Origin: a virus
Lineage: Duplodnaviria > Heunggongvirae > Uroviricota > Caudoviricetes
Direction: 5' to 3' (one strand)
IMG/VR virus record: IMGVR_UViG_3300012347_000520
Span: 1-14,641 of that record
DNA length: 14,641 nucleotides
A program made the position numbers and the translations under genes. Shown piece after piece: positions 1 through 8,333 of this stretch (positions are counted from its first letter, which is position 1; every line of letters starts with the position of its first letter). The notes under the pieces are model-generated. The model saw nothing but the letters and a program-made list of their open reading frames with translations. It did no database searches and was not told the DNA's origin.

Positions 1-1
1 A

Positions 2-487
2 ATGTTTCAGGAATATCCTAGGCTGTGCATTAAGTGTGGCGAACCAGAAAATTATCAGGAACAAACAATGGATAATATCAAACTAGGTGCTGACCAAATG
101 GCTGGTGACGGCAACTATAGCCTAGGCACTCCAGAGAACTACTTGGCTTTTGTCCATAATCGTGAAATGTCCGTAAAAATTGCAGCTTTGCGAAAAATTC
201 GTAAATCCATGCAACAACAAGACCTATACATTAGTAAACTGCCCAAAGAGTTTCAAGAATTGATGTTTGATAATGACTACGCTAACCAAGCCAGCCATCA
301 AGTAGATGTGCTGTTAAAAGCCTTATTTGGCAGCTTATACGAAGACGTTGCTTGGTTCTTGTACGAATTTGAAGCAGGCAAGACCCCAGGCCCTCACTTG
401 CGGTTAGCTACCGGAGCTGAGTATGTTTTCCTAACTGATGAAGATTACTTTAAATACTTGGAGCAATATGGTAAAAGACTTGTTTAA
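2..487 (+). CDS. hypothetical phage protein (start uncertain: open at window edge, or ATG 68 with AGGA RBS)
   Basis: Long ORF whose stop overlaps the next gene; no recognisable family. Confidence 0.7.
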   Translation: MFQEYPRLCIKCGEPENYQEQTMDNIKLGADQMAGDGNYSLGTPENYLAFVHNREMSVKIAALRKIRKSMQQQDLYISKLPKEFQELMFDNDYANQASHQVDVLLKALFGSLYEDVAWFLYEFEAGKTPGPHLRLATGAEYVFLTDEDYFKYLEQYGKRLV

Positions 488-644
488 ACAACTTCCTTAC
501 TCTGTGATATTTTCCGCTGCGTTCCTATTAGCAATGCTTATCTTAGTGTTGCTAACTTCTCCGTGGCAGGTTAGTTTACTTGTTATATCATTTTTATGTC
601 TACTAAGACTTATTCACTATGTTATTGAAGGACAATACCAATGA
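468..644 (+). CDS. small 2-TM membrane protein (58 aa)
   Basis: GGAG RBS before ATG 468; two hydrophobic stretches; stop overlaps next ATG (ATGA). Confidence 0.7.
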   Translation: MVKDLFKQLPYSVIFSAAFLLAMLILVLLTSPWQVSLLVISFLCLLRLIHYVIEGQYQ

Positions 645-943
645 AACGAATTATCGACAACTTCCCCAGACTCAAAAACTTTTACGAGATCGGCCCCGTA
701 CAAAAAGCGGAACTAGAACAGTTCTTGGCAGATTTCTTAAGTTTAGGGTCTGCTATTACTTGCGACCACAAACTGGTAAAAGCTGGTGATCCTGTGTGGG
801 TTATCAGTTCCACAGGTATGCCCCAACAAACCACAGTTCAGCCGCTAGAGCACACTACTAGCTACGAGCTATTTGGACTCATTCCAGTTAAGCACAGCTT
901 TTCCTCAAAACAAGCTGCCCTACAGTACATCAAGGACCGATAA
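641..943 (+). CDS. hypothetical protein (100 aa)
   Basis: GAAGGA RBS; start/stop overlaps with both neighbours. Confidence 0.75.
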   Translation: MKRIIDNFPRLKNFYEIGPVQKAELEQFLADFLSLGSAITCDHKLVKAGDPVWVISSTGMPQQTTVQPLEHTTSYELFGLIPVKHSFSSKQAALQYIKDR

Positions 944-1140
944 TGGACAACCTAATTGTTAAAATTATAGTTGCGTTAATGATCCTAGTAGCTGGCATCG
1001 GTATCTACGGCATCATTGATAACAACCAGCGTACCGAAGACTGCAACAAAGCTAATGGCACAATGATTAACACACCTAAAGGAAACTTATGCGTCTTAAA
1101 TCTGGAAAAACTAACTACCAAGCCTACCCAGCCAAACTAA
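943..1140 (+). CDS. small protein with N-terminal TM/signal anchor
   Basis: AAGGA RBS, TAATG overlap, hydrophobic N-terminus, C-x(16)-C pair. Confidence 0.7.
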   Translation: MDNLIVKIIVALMILVAGIGIYGIIDNNQRTEDCNKANGTMINTPKGNLCVLNLEKLTTKPTQPN

Positions 1141-1232
1141 TTGATGATGACTTGCACTTTTGCTTATTCCTAGCAGGTGTAGGTTATCTAAGCTTTGTCG
1201 TGGGCTTAATCATAGGTGTTGTATGTCTTTAG
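1089..1232 (+). CDS. possible 47-aa single-TM protein, not in ORF track (MRLKSGK...FLAGVGYLSFVVGLIIGVVCL)
   Basis: AAGGA RBS before ATG 1089; hydrophobic C-terminal half fills the 1140-1223 gap; overlaps upstream gene by 52 nt. Confidence 0.4.
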   Translation: MRLKSGKTNYQAYPAKLIDDDLHFCLFLAGVGYLSFVVGLIIGVVCL

Positions 1233-1405
1233 TATTACCCAAACACATTACAAAGCACCAAAGCTTTTGGACAACCACAACACTCTTAGGCAATAAGCCT
1301 AAAATAACTCAAAAAACAGTGTTCTTTTGTCGCCACTGCGAAACCTTTTTAACCACCCCACAAGAATATGCCAAACATTCCACCACTTGCCACACAAGTC
1401 ATTAA
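1223..1405 (+). CDS. small zinc-finger-like protein (60 aa)
   Basis: AGGTG RBS before ATG 1223; CRHC-x(12)-H-x(3)-CH pattern. Confidence 0.55.
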   Translation: MSLVLPKHITKHQSFWTTTTLLGNKPKITQKTVFFCRHCETFLTTPQEYAKHSTTCHTSH

Positions 1406-1574
1406 ACACCGTTACTTTGCAGCGGCTATTTTATTCCTCATATACTGCCTAGCAATCTACACCCTGCCACAAACAATTCTCAATGCCGTTAACGCAGGCC
1501 TAGCAGGATACTTCGTTGGCACCAAAATCAAAACCCTTTCAGAACTTTACGAAACTTATGCAAACAAACTCTAA
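1368..1574 (+). CDS. small 2-TM membrane protein
   Basis: Two hydrophobic segments; lies within a tightly packed operon. Confidence 0.6.
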   Translation: MPNIPPLATQVIKHRYFAAAILFLIYCLAIYTLPQTILNAVNAGLAGYFVGTKIKTLSELYETYANKL

Positions 1575-1821
1575 ACAACAATACTACTTAGACAAGCTCC
1601 AAGAAGAAGCAGCAGAACTTATTCAAGCTGTGTCCAAGATTCGCCGATTTGGCCCAGACAACAAACACCCTGATCGCAATACTACTAATTTACAAGAGTT
1701 TGTTGGTGAAATTGAGGATGTTTTGGCCTTGTTAGCGTGTTTGGAAGGCGAGCAATTATTCGACCTAAACAAAAGCCAAGACGCTATCCTTAACAAGATT
1801 AAGTCTGTCTATAAAAACTGA
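1558..1821 (+). CDS. MazG-like all-alpha NTP pyrophosphohydrolase
   Basis: KLQEEAAELIQA...EFVGEIEDVLA gives the EExxE...ExxD acidic signature of the MazG-like superfamily; ATG 1558. Confidence 0.7.
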   Translation: MQTNSKQQYYLDKLQEEAAELIQAVSKIRRFGPDNKHPDRNTTNLQEFVGEIEDVLALLACLEGEQLFDLNKSQDAILNKIKSVYKN

Positions 1822-1893
1822 CCCTCAACCTAGTAAACCCCAAACAACCAAACATTTTTACTATAACAACACAAGCATAACTAAAAATACATC

Positions 1894-1922
1894 TTGAAAT
1901 TATCAAAAACGTGTGTTATAAT
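1894..1922 (+). promoter_or_regulatory. sigma70-type promoter
   Basis: TTGAAA-17-TATAAT with TGn extension. Confidence 0.75.
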
Positions 1923-2272
1923 ATATGAAATATTCTCCTAGAGAATAAATTAGAAGGTTTTAGAATAAAATCTTAGGGCTCTCGGTAGACGGTGTGGGTT
2001 TTACCCAACACCAACGGACGCAGACAGCCCACTAAGATTTTTGAATCTTAGAAACCTTCATAGGTTTATAACGAATGTTCAATTGAGGGTCATTGTTTTT
2101 GTTTGCTTTATAAATACATACTATAACGTTATTGTTATGGTATTTTTTATAACTAATAATTTGTCAAAATTATACAATAAAAACAAGCCGTCCCACTTTT
2201 GGCAACCATCGCTCTAGCAACTCGACCCTAGCTAGAGCAAGATTAGGGTCTTTTTCAGCTTTTTAGCTTATT

Positions 2273-3253
2273 ATGATTATTAACAAACAACTTAAATCCA
2301 TCCCATTCGATAAACTTTACCACATGTATGAAGAAGCAGCCGCTTCTGCAATTGCTGGTATTGAATCACACATCCAATCCAAGTACGATGCAGAAGTAGA
2401 GCGCTTAGAACAAGCCTATACAGATACTCACGAAGCTCCTAGTGAAGTAGGTTTTGGCGATCAGGTCGTCAGAGAAACTTATAACGCACATGAAGTACGT
2501 CGCAGAGCAGGTAATAAAGCAATTACCGACACTTGGATCCCTCGCTACAAATTAGGGTCATTGCTAATTGCAGTAATGCCTCAGATTATGGCTTATATCA
2601 CTCAAAAACCTTTTAGATTATCTGAGGTTTCTACGGTTGAGGGTAAGTGGATTAATGGAAAAACAATGCTCAAGAACTCCTTTGATTTTACCAGTGACTG
2701 GGATCGAGGACTTTACTGCTTTTTAATGTTAGACTCGCGTTCAGCATATTTACCTACGCAGTACAAAGGTGAGGGCAGACAATTCTGTAGTTTAGTTCCG
2801 CTAATTCCTTATGCGTACAAACTACACCACAAAATTAACTACTCCCAGTGGGATCGTAATACCTTACACTGGGTCGTAAATCCTAGTTTGTGTAATGCTA
2901 TGTTATACATTCCTGACAAAGCATACACTCGTGAAGAGCTAATTCACGCTAGAGAGCTTGGTTTAGTTTACCAAACAGGTGCCAAAGCAGGTGAATCACG
3001 TAATCCAGTTTCTACTTTTAAACTTTGGGCTACTAAAGGCGGATGTATGTCTGGTGTTCCTGATCTTGCTCAAGTAATGTACACTCAAATCTGGTGTGCT
3101 CACCCACAAAATCGTTCGCACTACATGGTCTTAGACCCTAAACACTGGGACACTATGCCAACACCGCTTATTAGCGAAAACATCTTTATGCCTCCAGAAA
3201 TCAAAGTTTCACAGCCTCAATTCACAGGCCTAGAACTGCCATGGGAGGTTTGA
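2273..3253 (+). CDS. homologue of the T5 pre-early ~330-aa hypothetical protein (gene 10-like); function unknown
   Basis: Recalled similarity in SLVPL...INYSQW, RNP, QIWCAH..R..YMVLD...WD.MP and terminal LPW motifs; no SD sequence visible. Confidence 0.65.
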   Translation: MIINKQLKSIPFDKLYHMYEEAAASAIAGIESHIQSKYDAEVERLEQAYTDTHEAPSEVGFGDQVVRETYNAHEVRRRAGNKAITDTWIPRYKLGSLLIAVMPQIMAYITQKPFRLSEVSTVEGKWINGKTMLKNSFDFTSDWDRGLYCFLMLDSRSAYLPTQYKGEGRQFCSLVPLIPYAYKLHHKINYSQWDRNTLHWVVNPSLCNAMLYIPDKAYTREELIHARELGLVYQTGAKAGESRNPVSTFKLWATKGGCMSGVPDLAQVMYTQIWCAHPQNRSHYMVLDPKHWDTMPTPLISENIFMPPEIKVSQPQFTGLELPWEV

Positions 3254-3255
3254 GC

Positions 3256-3576
3256 ATGAAGTACACTAACGAATCAACCAAAAAATTAGTTGCCGACTAC
3301 CAAGCCGGAGTGACCGTCCAAGCCCTAGCCCAAGAGCTCGAGGTGCCAGAAAGATCAATAATTGCCAAGCTTAGCAGCCTCGGAGTCTACCAAAAAAAGC
3401 AGTACTTGAACAAACGCGGTGAGGTGCCAACAAAAAAGGCCGAACACATTGAAAGAATCGCAGAATTGCTTGAAGTTAACCTTGAGCTACTAGAATCACT
3501 AGAAAAGGTCAATAAACAGGTTTTAATTATGATCGAACAGAATTTAACAGCAAAATCTGACCCTAAACCGCAATAA
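3256..3576 (+). CDS. T5 A2/D3-like HTH DNA-binding protein, paralogue 1
   Basis: GGAGG RBS before ATG 3256; shares Y-x-AG-V-x-V...RS(I/V)(I/V)AKLS..GVY...KK...LESLEK with three other copies. Confidence 0.7.
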   Translation: MKYTNESTKKLVADYQAGVTVQALAQELEVPERSIIAKLSSLGVYQKKQYLNKRGEVPTKKAEHIERIAELLEVNLELLESLEKVNKQVLIMIEQNLTAKSDPKPQ

Positions 3577-3602
3577 ATTGCGTTAAATTGACTTAATCAA
3601 AC

Positions 3603-3639
3603 AAAAAGCCCGATATCGCAAGATATTCGGGCTTTTTTT
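3603..3639. terminator. bidirectional rho-independent terminator
   Basis: AAAAAGCCCGA-TATC-GCAA-GATA-T-TCGGGCTTTTTTT. Confidence 0.85.
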
Positions 3640-3768
3640 GGTCTGCGTTTTATACGGCAAATTGGGTGCTGAAAGCACCAACTAGCCCAATTTAGGCACA
3701 GCTTGATGCCGCTGCCAAAGGTTCTCAAAGTTTATACAGTTTAGGGTCAGAGTAATAGGAAAACCCAC

Positions 3769-3856
3769 TTGACAAAATCAGTTTAGTACTGGTATAATGG
3801 CGCGGATAGTTTAACCAAAACAAAAGCCCCCAAACTCGAAAGTAAGGAGGCTTTTG
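3769..3856 (+). promoter_or_regulatory. module M0 (divergent copy): promoter, GGCGC, hairpin
   Basis: TTGACA 3769-3774, 18-nt spacer, TATAAT 3793-3798, GGCGCG, AAAACAAAAG, stem CAAAAGCC(3821-3828)/GGCTTTTG(3849-3856). Confidence 0.7.
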
Positions 3857-3859
3857 AAC

Positions 3860-4650
3860 GCGCGTTTTTAACTCAACCTCAGGGCTTATAAAGCTGGTCT
3901 TCAGCCTGACCCTAAACCACGGTTACCTCGAGGGCACCATTACTGCTCGAGTTTACGGATACGGGGAGTTTTAGTTTTACGTCGGACGACGGCACGCAAA
4001 GCTTTTACAACCGGAGCGGCTTATGGTTGGGCTACAGTTTAGCCACTGCTACATGTGCTGCTCAAGTTTTATGACTTTGTGCAGTTTAGGGTCGGTGCGC
4101 TAGCGGGGTATCATCCCGCGTTACTGGCTAGGCCAGGTCTTAGATCAGATGATAGCGTCTGTATTTTATACTGTTCTTTCAGTTCCCAGTTTAGTCGTGA
4201 CCCGATCATAGCGGAGCGGGGCCTTAGGTATAGGGTAGGCTACCTAGGAGTTACTAGCTTCCATTCCAGCGTACGCGATGGCAGCTCATATGGGATTCGT
4301 CCTGACCCTAAACTGCGCCAGCGGAGTAGCGGGGAACTACTCGCACACTGGCCCGAGGCTTAGAGTTTCGCTGAAATTGCATCAGCTCATCAGAGGGATA
4401 GGGGGGCGGTGACTAGAGGCTTCGGTCACCATCAAGTTGTTATCTCTAGTCTAGGACTAGAGTCTCATAACACCAAAAAAAGTAGGGACAGCGACTCGAT
4501 TCGGCACTATTAAGACGCTATCAGCTTGCTATATGTTTTATGCTGTTCGCTGTCATCCCGTAAATAATTATAACACGAAACCGACTTTAGAAGAAAGTAA
4601 ATAATTTATAATGTTAGAGTCGGTTTCGGTTGTTATCTTGTTTTCGATAC
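3860..4650. other. ORF-free, GC-richer, multi-hairpin region (candidate structured RNA or injection-stop/origin-like DNA)
   Basis: Several stem-loops; three GACCCTAAAC sites; flanked by convergent promoters. Confidence 0.45.
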
Positions 4651-4654
4651 AATA

Positions 4655-4683
4655 ATTATATCAATAAAAAGGTCAAGCATCAA
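4655..4683 (-). promoter_or_regulatory. sigma70-type promoter with no downstream ORF
   Basis: Minus strand TTGATG-17-TATAAT. Confidence 0.6.
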
Positions 4684-4708
4684 GTTTAAATTTCTTGACC
4701 CTAAACCG

Positions 4709-5020
4709 TTAGTGTTTAACAGCTTTGGCAATCAGCTCGAGTGCATCTTTGGTAGCTTTTTCTAGAGACTCCAGCAATTCTTCGTTGGTACCAATAGCAA
4801 AGGCAATCTCTGCAATCAGCTCTGCTTTCTTTGGAGTTTGCTGACCTTTGGCTTTGGCCTTGGCTTGGTACACACCTTCGCGAGCCAGCTTTGCCACTAC
4901 TGATCGTGGGGATTTTTGCAAGCGTTGAGCAATTGCTTCTACAGTCTCGCCGCGTTGGTATGCCTCGACGACATCTTTGGTCATCTCGGGGGTATAGTTT
5001 TGTGCTTGTGCAGTCATCAT
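4709..5020 (-). CDS. A2/D3-like DNA-binding protein, paralogue 2
   Basis: AAAGGA RBS; own promoter; KSPRSVVAKLAREGVY...KKAELIAEIA...LESLEKATK. Confidence 0.8.
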   Translation of the reverse strand: MMTAQAQNYTPEMTKDVVEAYQRGETVEAIAQRLQKSPRSVVAKLAREGVYQAKAKAKGQQTPKKAELIAEIAFAIGTNEELLESLEKATKDALELIAKAVKH

Positions 5021-5059
5021 ATGTCCTTTCGTTTTGGTTTCTGCGCTGTCTAAGTATTA

Positions 5060-5088
5060 ATTATACTATCAAAAGGGAACATCGTCAA
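5060..5088 (-). promoter_or_regulatory. sigma70-type promoter for 4709-5020
   Basis: TTGACG-17-TATAAT. Confidence 0.8.
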
Positions 5089-5203
5089 ATTCAAAAATTT
5101 CCGCTTGTTGGTTGGTATTTGGCAAATTTTTTGACAACTCTGTTTGTACAAATTCTTGGAACCACTGTTCCTGATTTAACATGAAAAAATCCGTGTCTTC
5201 CAT
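5069..5203 (-). CDS. 44-aa acidic peptide ending EIFEFDDVPF (SSB C-terminal tail mimic); not in ORF track
   Basis: MEDTDFFMLNQEQWFQEFVQTELSKNLPNTNQQAEIFEFDDVPF; AGGAG RBS; own promoter. Confidence 0.75.
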   Translation of the reverse strand: MEDTDFFMLNQEQWFQEFVQTELSKNLPNTNQQAEIFEFDDVPF

Positions 5204-5230
5204 AAGCCAGTATCTCCTGTTGATGTAATA

Positions 5231-5259
5231 ATTATATCAAAATCAATTCTGCACTTCAA
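5231..5259 (-). promoter_or_regulatory. sigma70-type promoter for the 44-aa ORF
   Basis: TTGAAG-17-TATAAT. Confidence 0.75.
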
Positions 5260-5546
5260 ATAAATAAATTTCAAGTTGACACTGCACTAAGCCTGTAACA
5301 ACATGGTCAAATTTGCACTTGACTGCGCACTGGCGCGGCACCACTAAAAATTTAGAATTGCCACTTTCCCACTGGCGCAGCGCGCTTGTGTAGTACGAAA
5401 GTACTCTTTTTCATAATGTGGCAGACCGCTTCATCAGGTGAAATTTTATGGTAATTTTTAATTTTGCATCAATAATTATTGATTATTAATTACGGGCGTG
5501 GCGCAAGAATCATGCCAGAGTAAATTACTCGGATATAAAAAAATTC

Positions 5547-5639
5547 TTGACACCTGCCCCAAAATTGTGGTACAATTTTGGCGCCTGAAAATGAATACTT
5601 TTGTTTCCAATATTTTCTGGAAACAAAAGTATTCATTTT
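5547..5639 (+). repeat. module M1: promoter, -10 palindrome, GGCGCC, perfect 22-bp inverted repeat
   Basis: TTGACA 5547-5552, TACAAT 5571-5576; arms AAAATGAATACTTTTGTTTCCA 5588-5609 and 5618-5639. Confidence 0.9.
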
Positions 5640-5647
5640 TTAAGCAT

Positions 5648-5709
5648 AAAAAAACCCGCCAAAAGGCGGGGGAAATTCCAAACCCAAAAATTTTGGGTTT
5701 TGGTTTTTT
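5648..5709. terminator. tandem terminator hairpins, one per strand
   Basis: CCCGCC-AAAA-GGCGGG preceded by an A-run (minus strand); AAACCCAAAA/TTTTGGGTTT followed by a T-run (plus strand). Confidence 0.75.
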
Positions 5710-5721
5710 CATTTTTGATAA

Positions 5722-6063
5722 TTAAACGGGCTTAGAATTTGCCAATGCTTTAAAAATCTTTTCCAATGCGGTTTTATTCGCTTTAGTCAGTGATTCGGTT
5801 TCGGCTTCGGTCAAATTCAAAACCGCGCCGATTGCATCCGCGTGCGCGTCTTTGCGAACCACGGGTGCGCCCGTTTTGGTTTTGTATTCTTTAGCCTTAT
5901 AGACTTTTTCGCGTGAAAGTTTGGCCACAATAGAGCGGACAGATTTACCCAATTCAGCGGCGATTGTTTCCACGGCCACGCCCGCAGAATAATCGGCCAC
6001 CATTTTAGCGGTTTGTTCGGCGGTGTAGTTAACAGAACGGGCAGAGACAGATTTGCTAGTCAT
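5722..6063 (-). CDS. A2/D3-like DNA-binding protein, paralogue 3
   Basis: AAGGA RBS; TTGAAA-17-TATAAT promoter (6086-6114); closely similar to 10835-11158. Confidence 0.85.
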   Translation of the reverse strand: MTSKSVSARSVNYTAEQTAKMVADYSAGVAVETIAAELGKSVRSIVAKLSREKVYKAKEYKTKTGAPVVRKDAHADAIGAVLNLTEAETESLTKANKTALEKIFKALANSKPV

Positions 6064-6129
6064 TTTCGTTTTCCTTTAAAATTAAATTATAACACAGATT
6101 TTTCAGATTTTCAAGATTTTTTAAATTAT

Positions 6130-6342
6130 TTACAAATAATTTACCAAACCGATTACGTTAGCCAAAAAGAACACAGTTTGCAGAGCAATGTAATTCTTTT
6201 GTTTCTGCTTAATGGCCGAAACCATTAAACAAAAAGAACTCACAAAAAAGAACGGGTAACCAAATTGTGCGAACTTTAACGCTACCAAAAACGCGCCAAT
6301 AATGCCAGTTATTGTGCCAATGGTTTCAAGAATTTTTGTCAT
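6130..6342 (-). CDS. 3-TM protein resembling the N-terminal half of PnuC (nicotinamide riboside transporter family)
   Basis: LETIGTITG..L.A...YPF..VS...LQTVF..NVIG pattern; three hydrophobic helices. Confidence 0.55.
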   Translation of the reverse strand: MTKILETIGTITGIIGAFLVALKFAQFGYPFFFVSSFCLMVSAIKQKQKNYIALQTVFFLANVIGLVNYL

Positions 6343-6441
6343 TTTGTTTTGCTCGTTTGTTTTGTTTTGCTATGTGCCAATTATACCACCAAATCGGGGC
6401 AAAAAACACAATTAATAAAATAATTCCATTTAAAAATTGTT

Positions 6442-6819
6442 TCATCGTTTTATGTCCATTGTGTGAAAAGGGTCAGCCCGTAGGCCGTAGTTTACCATAA
6501 TTTCGCACCATTTTTCGCCGTGTCCCGTTTTATCTTCGCTTTCACCGAAAAGGTTAAAATCGGCTTGATGGATAATTTCGTGAGGCAAAATAACGTCAAT
6601 CATATTATAGCAGAATTTTTTGCTATGCGTAAAAAATTTGTACCCTAATTCGATTTTGTTGTTTTCTTGATCTGCCAAGCCAGCCACGCGCCACAACCTA
6701 CCATTTAGGCTAATTTCGGGGCATTCGTAAAAAGCCAAGGCGGGATAAATTTCGCAAAGCGAATCCCAAACCATTGTGGATTCACGTTTTAGCAATCGGG
6801 TTAACATCGTTTTGTCCAT
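6442..6819 (-). CDS. SprT-like zinc metalloprotease (likely leaderless start MDKT at 6819)
   Basis: ILPHEIIHQ (HEXXH)...GHGEKW..IM, the SprT signature; I.L..KF motif upstream. Confidence 0.8.
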   Translation of the reverse strand: MDKTMLTRLLKRESTMVWDSLCEIYPALAFYECPEISLNGRLWRVAGLADQENNKIELGYKFFTHSKKFCYNMIDVILPHEIIHQADFNLFGESEDKTGHGEKWCEIMVNYGLRADPFHTMDIKR

Positions 6820-6909
6820 GTAAAGATTATACAACAAAAACCGCAAAAAATCCGTTTAGATCATTGAAAAAATTAATCGGGGCAATAGTGAAAATTAATT
6901 GCCAAATGC

Positions 6910-7003
6910 TTGACACACCCCAAAATTATATGCTATAATTTTGGCGCCCCAAAATGTAATACTTTTGTTTCCAATATTTTCTGGAAACAAAAGTATTCAT
7001 TTT
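6910..7003 (+). repeat. module M2
   Basis: TTGACA 6910-6915, 18 nt, TATAAT 6934-6939, GGCGCC, ACTTTTGTTT 6961-6970 / AAACAAAAGT 6985-6994. Confidence 0.9.
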
Positions 7004-7017
7004 ATTTCGGGCAAAAT

Positions 7018-7039
7018 AAAAAGCCCCGAAGGGCTTTTT
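7018..7039. terminator. bidirectional terminator
   Basis: AAAAAGCCC-CGAA-GGGCTTTTT. Confidence 0.8.
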
Positions 7040-7046
7040 AAAAGTG

Positions 7047-7304
7047 TTAACTTTTGTTTCTGGTGGGTTTTATTTTGTAAAACAAAATAACCAAAAGAAA
7101 AATTAAATTCGCGGTATAGTTGAAAACCAAAGGCCACAAAAGGGTTGGCAAAACGTAAACAAAAGTAAACACCTCGCCCCAAAACCACATGGCCAAAAAT
7201 CCCCACGTAAGACCATCCGAATTTTTTACGCGGTAACTTTCCACGGCTTGAGGCAACCCACAAAACGCAAAAAGAATTGAACCCAGCCAGCCGATTGTTT
7301 CCAT
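7047..7304 (-). CDS. PQ-loop / SemiSWEET-like 3-TM protein
   Basis: IGWLGSILFAFCGLPQ...KNSDGLTWGFL...N pattern typical of a PQ-loop repeat. Confidence 0.8.
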   Translation of the reverse strand: METIGWLGSILFAFCGLPQAVESYRVKNSDGLTWGFLAMWFWGEVFTFVYVLPTLLWPLVFNYTANLIFLLVILFYKIKPTRNKS

Positions 7305-7435
7305 TTTTAGCCCCTATAAATTTCGTCTACCGTTATTGTATTATAACACGATTCAAAAATAAATTCATCCAATAATTTTTTATCGTTGTATAAATGCAAC
7401 AAAAGAGCAAAAACCCACAAATATCTCATTTTTTA

Positions 7436-7459
7436 AATGTAGGCCTTTCGGCCTACATT
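7436..7459 (-). terminator. stem-loop after the exonuclease gene
   Basis: Perfect 10-bp stem AATGTAGGCC/GGCCTACATT with a GAAA loop on the minus strand; U-tract short. Confidence 0.55.
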
Positions 7460-7466
7460 CTCCACA

Positions 7467-8165
7467 TTATTTAGCTTGAAAGTGGTCACGGGTTTGAAAT
7501 TCGCGCCAGTTGTAAGGTGTAACCTTTTGTTTCCAATCGCGTTTTTTGATAATTTCGCGTAAAATCGGCAATTCAAAATCCCGCGCATCTTCTAAAGCCG
7601 TATGGGGTTCGTCTTTAAATTCGCCAGTAATAAACCCACAAACGATCTCGGCGTTTGTCTTAAAAGTCATATTGCCAAATTCAGTTGGGGCATTGAACGC
7701 ATGATTTTCTAAGCAAAATTGTTTGAATTTTTTAGTATTGCAAACATTACCAACGGCGGCCTGCCACAAACAAAAGTTATCAGAAAAACCGTCTAAATTA
7801 ATGCTTGTGTTTGCACATTTTGATTTATCAAAAGCCAAATTGTAAGCGGTCAAAGTTGGGTTATACTTGCCAATGGCTTGATTAATCCAGTTATTGATTG
7901 CAGAAACAGAAGCTAACATTCTAGAACCAGAATTAAGCATATCGTTGTATTTTGCGCGTTTTTCCTTGGCATATTGCAAAGACCAAAGACCCTTTGCATT
8001 TTTATCATAAAACAATTCGTGCGCGTCAAATTGATCTTTTACCAATACCGCGCATTGATTGTAGATTTTGCCTTCGCGATCACAAATTACAATGGCAAAA
8101 TCTGCCACAGTGTCAGCGATAGTTGTTTCAGTGTCAAGAATTGCAAAGAATTGTTTTTTAGCCAT
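7467..8165 (-). CDS. DEDDh (DnaQ-like) 3'-5' exonuclease
   Basis: ExoI LDTETT, ExoII AYNLAFD, ExoIII HTALEDA. Confidence 0.88.
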   Translation of the reverse strand: MAKKQFFAILDTETTIADTVADFAIVICDREGKIYNQCAVLVKDQFDAHELFYDKNAKGLWSLQYAKEKRAKYNDMLNSGSRMLASVSAINNWINQAIGKYNPTLTAYNLAFDKSKCANTSINLDGFSDNFCLWQAAVGNVCNTKKFKQFCLENHAFNAPTEFGNMTFKTNAEIVCGFITGEFKDEPHTALEDARDFELPILREIIKKRDWKQKVTPYNWREFQTRDHFQAK

Positions 8166-8186
8166 TTTGTTTTCAATTTTGAAATA

Positions 8187-8234
8187 TTACCGAATCTGTC
8201 GGAATTCGCAGATAGTAGCGTTTTTCGCTACCAT
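8187..8234 (-). CDS. possible leaderless 15-aa uORF (MVAKNATICEFRQIR)
   Basis: TATAAT-N6-ATG; may equally be non-coding leader. Confidence 0.3.
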   Translation of the reverse strand: MVAKNATICEFRQIR

Positions 8235-8333
8235 GAAAAGATTATAACGCAAAAAGCCCAAAAAATCCGCTTCTACCAAAAATAAATGAAATATTTATTT
8301 TGTTGTTTTTTGGCGAAATTAGGGTTTACCCTA

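Noticed and set aside
4055-4363. Plus-strand 102-aa ORF
   Set aside because: No SD, non-ATG start, atypical composition; lies in the hairpin-rich region.
3860-4650. tRNA genes or group I intron in the structured region
   Set aside because: I could not find a T-loop/cloverleaf or P7 core by eye; tRNAscan-SE or Infernal would settle it.
6920-6953. -10 palindromes as bidirectional promoters
   Set aside because: The minus-strand TATAAT in M2 has no -35 at the proper spacing (TTTGGG), and M1's left arm is not a good -10.
5476-7263. Minus-strand ORFs 5476-5712 and 6997-7263
   Set aside because: First runs through module M1 and its terminators; second is an alternate frame of the PQ-loop gene.
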